Origin: Coprobacillaceae bacterium
GTDB lineage: Bacteria; Bacillota_I; Bacilli_A; Erysipelotrichales; Coprobacillaceae
Assembly: GCA_963675915.1 (NCBI GenBank)
Contig: OY780959.1
Coordinates: 600,001-632,000 of the forward strand
Reading direction: 5' to 3'
Length of the DNA: 32,000 nt
Below, in pieces: positions 27,070-32,000 of this stretch. The notes beneath the pieces were generated by a model. The model was not told where the DNA came from. It worked only from the letters and a program-made list of their open reading frames with translations, and ran no database searches. Made by a program: the position numbers and the translations under genes. Positions within the stretch are counted from its first letter, which is position 1. The number at the start of each line of letters is the position of its first letter.

Positions 27070-27540
27070 ATGGATACAATAATAATTGATAAATTGATGT
27101 TGGAAATCGTCAAATCATATGAGGCAATGTTCAAGGAAGAACTTGCTCGCCACGAAACCAACTTCGACTATAACTACAGTTATTTCAGGTACTTGTTGAT
27201 TGTGATGAACAATCCTGGAATGACCCAGAACGAACTGGGCTCGGCAATGAATGTGCTCAAATCATCAGTCTCAAAAGCAGTCAGGTATCTGATCAACAAC
27301 AAATTGATCAATCTGGTTCAAGATGAAAGCGACAAGAGGCGCAATTGTCTTTATATAACAGCCAAGGGTGAAAGTCTCGCCCGGGAGTATCTCGAATTTT
27401 TGATTGATCTAAATGCCAAATTGCTTGAAGGTTTCAGCAATGAGGAAATCGAGCTATTCAAAAGGATGCTGGTAAGGATTTATAAAAACATTACCAAATC
27501 CAACCAAAGCAAATTCAAGGATGATCTCAAGAAGGAATAA
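27070..27540 (+). CDS. MarR-family transcriptional regulator (156 aa)
   Basis: The start is moved to the ATG at 27070 (RBS GAGGTG). Winged-HTH pattern: MTQNELGSAMNVLKSSVSKAVRYLINNKLINLVQDESDKRRNCLYITAKGE. Confidence 0.85.
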   Translation: MDTIIIDKLMLEIVKSYEAMFKEELARHETNFDYNYSYFRYLLIVMNNPGMTQNELGSAMNVLKSSVSKAVRYLINNKLINLVQDESDKRRNCLYITAKGESLAREYLEFLIDLNAKLLEGFSNEEIELFKRMLVRIYKNITKSNQSKFKDDLKKE

Positions 27541-27542
27541 CA

Positions 27543-29633
27543 ATGAAAAACAGTATCAAAGTCTTTAAAAATGAAGTGTCTAAAACAATCAAAAACCCGA
27601 TTGCTTTGATCATCATCATCGCAATTTGCGTGTTGCCTTCGCTTTATGCCTGGGTTAATATAGCGGCTAGTTGGGATCCCTATCTCAAGACCTCATCGAT
27701 TCCGGTGGTGGTCGTCAATAATGATGAAGGGTGCGACTTCAATGGTGAAACCATCAATGTCGGTGCCCAGGTGGTCGACCAATTGAAACAAAACGATTCG
27801 ATTGACTGGCAGTTCGACAATGAAAAGCAAGCCAATCTGGGGTTGTATGATGGAACATACTATGCGCTGATTGAAATCGATGAGGATTTCTCCAAAGACC
27901 TGACCTCGCTTTTAAGCGAGGATCCGATCAAGCCGACGATAATCTATAAGATCGACAACAAGGAAAATCCGGTCATCTCCAAAATCACCACCATCGCTCA
28001 AGAAACGGTGGTTGCTCAGATTAAGACCAATTTCTTGAAAACTGTCAATGAAACGGCCTTTGAGAGCCTTAATGGCGTCGGGGCCACCCTTGAGCAAAAC
28101 CGGAGCGAGATTTTGGCCTTGAAAGATATAATCATTCAAGTTGACCGCAATTATGACACCATTATCGGTCTTCTTGAAAGCAACGAAGCCCATGCCGGTA
28201 ATTTCAACAATCTTCTTGCTACCAACGGTCTCCTGCTTGAATCGATGAACGATTTGATTGGTAATTACCAAGACAATTTTGATCAGGATAATGGTTCGTC
28301 AAATGGGGTCCTGCCACTCGTTGAAAATAATCTTGATGCAATTGAAGTACAACTTGAAGCGATGATTGTTGAATTGCGATTGGATGCTGATCAAATCAGT
28401 GCTGGAAAAACTCAGTCAATTGAGGAAATGAATACCAAGGTTGAAACGATTAATACCATCATTGATGGGCTTGACAATTACCTGGAAGCAGTCAATGTGA
28501 CCGACAGTGAAATAATCGATAATTACCGCGACTCGCTTGCTAAGATCCAACAATATCTTGACCAGTTAAGCAATTCAATCCAGGATCACAATTCCGATTA
28601 CAGTAATATTGAAGAATCTCTTCGCGCTTTGGCGAGTGATCTTAGCCAAGTAAAAGAGCGTTTGGAAAAAGAGATCGCTCCAGTTATCCAAACTCTCGCA
28701 ATTAGTTATGATCAGATTGGCGCTAATGTTGAAAACACCTTGGCGAACTCGTCCGATACCATCACCAGTCTCATCGGCATCAATGATAACCTGATGGCGG
28801 CCAGTGACTTGAATCAGGATGTTTCCGCCAGTCTGGTAGGGGAGTTGGAATACTATCATGATATGATCCATAATCTGGCTCTTGAACTTGAATCGGTTGA
28901 CGATGATGATTTGGCTTTGATTACGGCAATTCTCCAATCCGATCCGAATTTGATGGGCGAATATCTGGCCAATCCATTCACCATTGAAAATGAGGCCATT
29001 TTCCCGATTGCCAATTATGGTTCGGGAATGACTCCGATCTACACGGTTCTGGCAATCTGGGTTGGAGCCATCATTCTTACTTCAATCCTGTCGCCTAAAG
29101 CGGCTCGTTTTGCCGGGGACGAAATGATTAATGTCAGGCAACGCTATATCGGCAAATTGCTCTATTATCTGCTGTTGGGCTTTTTCCAGGGATTGATCAT
29201 GGTTTTGGGTAATAAATTCATTTTGGGAGTCCAAACTGCCAATCCAGGTTTGTTTGTCATTTTCGGTATCATTACGGCGTTGACATTCACGACAATTGTC
29301 TATACCAATGTGGCCTTGTTGGGTCCGGTAGGCAAGGCTCTTAATATCGCTTTGCTGGTGTTCCAACTGGTTGGATCGGGTGGTTCCTATCCGATTCAAG
29401 TCGATGCCTTGGCATTGCGGATGGTTCAGCCGTTCTTTCCTTTCACTTATGCCCTTAGTGGTTTTCGTGAGGCAATCGGTGGGGTTGTCGCCAGTCAGGT
29501 GATTGTTGATTTGACCGTACTGGGAGCTTATGTGGTTCTATCTCTGGTGATCGGCATTGTCTTTTATGGAAGAATCCATCATCAGGTCGACAAACTGCAT
29601 CATCATCTTGAAGATACGGGGTTAATAGAATGA
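27543..29633 (+). CDS. YhgE/Pip-domain membrane protein (696 aa)
   Basis: N-terminal TM helix + SLYAWVNIAASWDPY, a long helical extracellular region, and a C-terminal multi-TM block with GSGGSYPIQ…PFFPFTYAL. It starts 2 nt after the marR stop. Confidence 0.85.
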   Translation: MKNSIKVFKNEVSKTIKNPIALIIIIAICVLPSLYAWVNIAASWDPYLKTSSIPVVVVNNDEGCDFNGETINVGAQVVDQLKQNDSIDWQFDNEKQANLGLYDGTYYALIEIDEDFSKDLTSLLSEDPIKPTIIYKIDNKENPVISKITTIAQETVVAQIKTNFLKTVNETAFESLNGVGATLEQNRSEILALKDIIIQVDRNYDTIIGLLESNEAHAGNFNNLLATNGLLLESMNDLIGNYQDNFDQDNGSSNGVLPLVENNLDAIEVQLEAMIVELRLDADQISAGKTQSIEEMNTKVETINTIIDGLDNYLEAVNVTDSEIIDNYRDSLAKIQQYLDQLSNSIQDHNSDYSNIEESLRALASDLSQVKERLEKEIAPVIQTLAISYDQIGANVENTLANSSDTITSLIGINDNLMAASDLNQDVSASLVGELEYYHDMIHNLALELESVDDDDLALITAILQSDPNLMGEYLANPFTIENEAIFPIANYGSGMTPIYTVLAIWVGAIILTSILSPKAARFAGDEMINVRQRYIGKLLYYLLLGFFQGLIMVLGNKFILGVQTANPGLFVIFGIITALTFTTIVYTNVALLGPVGKALNIALLVFQLVGSGGSYPIQVDALALRMVQPFFPFTYALSGFREAIGGVVASQVIVDLTVLGAYVVLSLVIGIVFYGRIHHQVDKLHHHLEDTGLIE

Positions 29634-31741
29634 GAAAAAACGTAAAATCAATATTCAAAATATTCCTTCGCGATGTTAAAACCATTGCCACAAACAAAGC
29701 GGCCCTGGTTATTTTCGTCGGGCTGATGTTCATCCCCTCTTTATATGCCTGGGTCAATATCGGAGCCAACTGGGATCCTTATGCCAATACCGGAAATATC
29801 CCGATTGCAGTAGTGAACAATGACAACGGGGCGGTGATTGACGGAGAATATGTCAACGTCGGGGATGAAATCATCGACCAGCTCAAAGAAGAGGAGGGTA
29901 TGGATTGGGTCATCACATCCGATTTCGAAGCAGGATATGGGCTCCATATGGCTGATTATTATGCCTTGATCGAGATTCCCGATGACTTCAGCAGTGACCT
30001 GGCCACTTTCACCACGGCTACGGTGATTAGGCCGGAAATCATCTATCGTTCCAATGAAAAGGCGAATGCCATTGCCACCAAGATCACCGATGTCGCCAAA
30101 ACCCATCTCACTGACAGCATCCAGTCGCGGTTGATTCAAGTTGCGACCGGCAAGGTTTTTGGCTATCTCAATGACTTGGGAGGGACGCTTGAAAGCGATA
30201 AAAATCAATTGTTTCATCTGATTTCTGTCTTGGATGATTCAACTGAATATCTAAGTCAAACTTCCAATCTGATTATTGATCAGATCGACCAGCTTGAGGA
30301 CTTGGAAGATAATCTCAACCGTACGTCGACCAATTTGGCGCAAATTGATGCGGCTTTGGGTCAGTTTGCCAAAATTGGCAATGCATCGAATCAATATCTA
30401 AGAACAAGCGCGGCACAAAAGAGCTCCCTGGCTAACCGGCTTAACAGCGATATGCTGGAATTTCAAAGTGATCTGACAACCCTGAATCTGGCGGTTGAAA
30501 ACTATCATCTGGCCCAAAATTCCGCCCCGGCCAACAATCTTGATGATCAAATAGGTGCCATAACTGTTGCTTCTACCAATTTGATTCAAGATATCTATAA
30601 TCTGAATACGGACCTTGATCTTTTCCATCTTTATCAGCCCATCGGGGCACACGACCAAACTGCCAATCAATTTGCCCAGCTTGCAGGCGATCTGACTGCA
30701 ATCAATCAGGCCCTGGCTAATCAGGATGGATTGGATCAGGCCGTGATGACAACCCTTGAAGATGCCAATGATCTGGTAACAAGCTATAATCAGACAACCA
30801 GACCGCTGACCGACAGTCTGGTCGGGGGTGGGGCGGTATTGCCGTTTGCTAATACGCTTAGCAATACCCGGATGACAAACTCGATGTTGCAGTCTTTAAG
30901 TGCCGTTGGATCCAACGGGGTGGCCAATACGATTGCAGATCTGTCAAGTTCCAATCAACTGATTCAAGATTACCAGGACTCGCTTGAAGATATCCAGACC
31001 ACTCTTGATGGTTTTGATGAAGCATCATTTGATAAGGTTGTGAACATCATGAAAACCGATCCTGATACCATCGCCGATTTCCTGGCCAATCCCATCAATG
31101 TGGAAACCGAGGACATTTATGGCGATTATCCTTTCGGGGTGGGACTGACGCCTTTTTATACCGTTTTGTCGATTTGGGTGGGAGTTTTGCTGATGATGGC
31201 TCTGGTGACAACCAAAGTTAAACCTTTACCGGCTACTGGCAAACCCAAATTCTATGTCGGTCATTTAGGCCGAATGGGGCTGATTATCGCCATGTCTTTG
31301 ATTCAAACTACAATTGTTCTATTTGGTGATGTGTTCTTGCTCCAGGTGCCTACCGGAAGCCGGATGCTGTTTTTTGGTGCCGGATATTTCACTTCGCTGA
31401 CTTTCACCATCATCATTTATACGCTGGTTTCGCTTTTTGGCAATGTCGGCAAAGGAATCTGCGTAGTTGTCATGGTCTTCCAGATAGCCGGAAGCGGAGG
31501 GATTTATCCAATCCAAACCAACCCGGAAATATTTGGAGTTTTGCATCCCTTCTGGCCGTTCACTTATGCGATTGACTTGCTTCGTCAGGCAATTGCAATT
31601 CCCAACGGCATCAAGGTTGCGGGGGATTTCAGGATGCTTGGCTGCTTCATGGCAATCTTTATGGTCTTGGGGCTGTTTAAGAAGCTGTTCTACCCGCTGA
31701 CTAACTGGCTTGACAGCGAATTCCATCGAGCCAATCTTTAA
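29630..31741 (+). CDS. YhgE/Pip-domain membrane protein, tandem paralog (703 aa)
   Basis: Same architecture (SLYAWVNIGANWDPY…GSGGIYPIQ…PFWPFTYAI). ATGA overlap with the upstream gene. Confidence 0.85.
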   Translation: MRKNVKSIFKIFLRDVKTIATNKAALVIFVGLMFIPSLYAWVNIGANWDPYANTGNIPIAVVNNDNGAVIDGEYVNVGDEIIDQLKEEEGMDWVITSDFEAGYGLHMADYYALIEIPDDFSSDLATFTTATVIRPEIIYRSNEKANAIATKITDVAKTHLTDSIQSRLIQVATGKVFGYLNDLGGTLESDKNQLFHLISVLDDSTEYLSQTSNLIIDQIDQLEDLEDNLNRTSTNLAQIDAALGQFAKIGNASNQYLRTSAAQKSSLANRLNSDMLEFQSDLTTLNLAVENYHLAQNSAPANNLDDQIGAITVASTNLIQDIYNLNTDLDLFHLYQPIGAHDQTANQFAQLAGDLTAINQALANQDGLDQAVMTTLEDANDLVTSYNQTTRPLTDSLVGGGAVLPFANTLSNTRMTNSMLQSLSAVGSNGVANTIADLSSSNQLIQDYQDSLEDIQTTLDGFDEASFDKVVNIMKTDPDTIADFLANPINVETEDIYGDYPFGVGLTPFYTVLSIWVGVLLMMALVTTKVKPLPATGKPKFYVGHLGRMGLIIAMSLIQTTIVLFGDVFLLQVPTGSRMLFFGAGYFTSLTFTIIIYTLVSLFGNVGKGICVVVMVFQIAGSGGIYPIQTNPEIFGVLHPFWPFTYAIDLLRQAIAIPNGIKVAGDFRMLGCFMAIFMVLGLFKKLFYPLTNWLDSEFHRANL

Positions 31742-31751
31742 AACCACCCAG

Positions 31752-31771
31752 GAAGCCTTCGGGCTTCTTTT
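31752..31771 (+). terminator. Rho-independent terminator
   Basis: GAAGCC-TTCG-GGCTTC followed by TTTTATCTTT. Confidence 0.65.
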
Positions 31772-31859
31772 ATCTTTCTGTAAACCCTTACATTTTTGCT
31801 ATAAATTGTCTATGATTTATGCTAAAATGAGGTTATGAACTATAAAGGAGGATTTATAT

Positions 31860-32000
31860 ATGGCTCTTCAAAATATTACAAATGTTGTTGTCCTGGGACA
31901 TAGTGGCAGCGGTAAAACCAGCATAATAGAAAACATGGCTTACCGCAGCAAATTGATTGAAAAACCAGGCAGCGTCCTTAAGGGAACTACCATCTTGGAT
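31860..32000 (+). CDS. EF-G-like translational GTPase, 5' partial (runs off the window)
   Basis: RBS AAAGGAGG, then MALQNITNVVVLGHSGSGKTSIIENM… The G1 P-loop (GHSGSGKT) at this position is typical of EF-G/TetM-type GTPases. The paralog cannot be told from 47 aa. Confidence 0.65.
   Translation, partial: MALQNITNVVVLGHSGSGKTSIIENMAYRSKLIEKPGSVLKGTTILD

Noticed and set aside
1-32000. CRISPR arrays, rRNA genes, toxin-antitoxin pairs
   Set aside because: No regularly spaced direct repeats, rRNA-like segments or small overlapping two-gene modules were seen anywhere in the window.

Overview
Low-GC Firmicutes-type chromosomal DNA. The left ~24.8 kb is an AT-rich, IS-riddled accessory island. It abuts the 3' ends of a tRNA-Glu/tRNA-Trp pair. 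The right ~7 kb is visibly more GC-rich and looks like core genome: an ABC-F ATPase, a marR + two YhgE/Pip operon, and the start of an EF-G-like GTPase. The island holds three full IS66-family elements (tnpA-tnpB-tnpC), each with perfect 8-bp target-site duplications, plus one solo IS66 end and one IS3-family element with an A AAA AAG frameshift site. IS66 #1 splits a YobI/KAP-like transmembrane P-loop NTPase gene. A large serine recombinase gene is split twice, by the IS3 and by IS66 #2. Both genes can be rejoined in frame by removing the insertions. Also present are a Hin/resolvase-type small serine recombinase and two tandem paralogous small basic proteins. The most interesting part is an ~8.4 kb segment bracketed by two near-identical inverted IS66 copies. 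It carries four same-strand genes: an N6-adenine methyltransferase (NPPF); a translationally coupled DUF262(DGQQR)-HNH nuclease; a 907-aa protein with ~500 aa of unrecognisable N-terminus fused to a RecD/Dda-like SF1 helicase; and an OLD-family ABC-ATPase + TOPRIM protein. This gene set does not match any canonical defence-system layout I know, including Gabija, and is my best candidate for a novel or composite anti-phage system. All calls come from reading motifs by eye; no searches were run.
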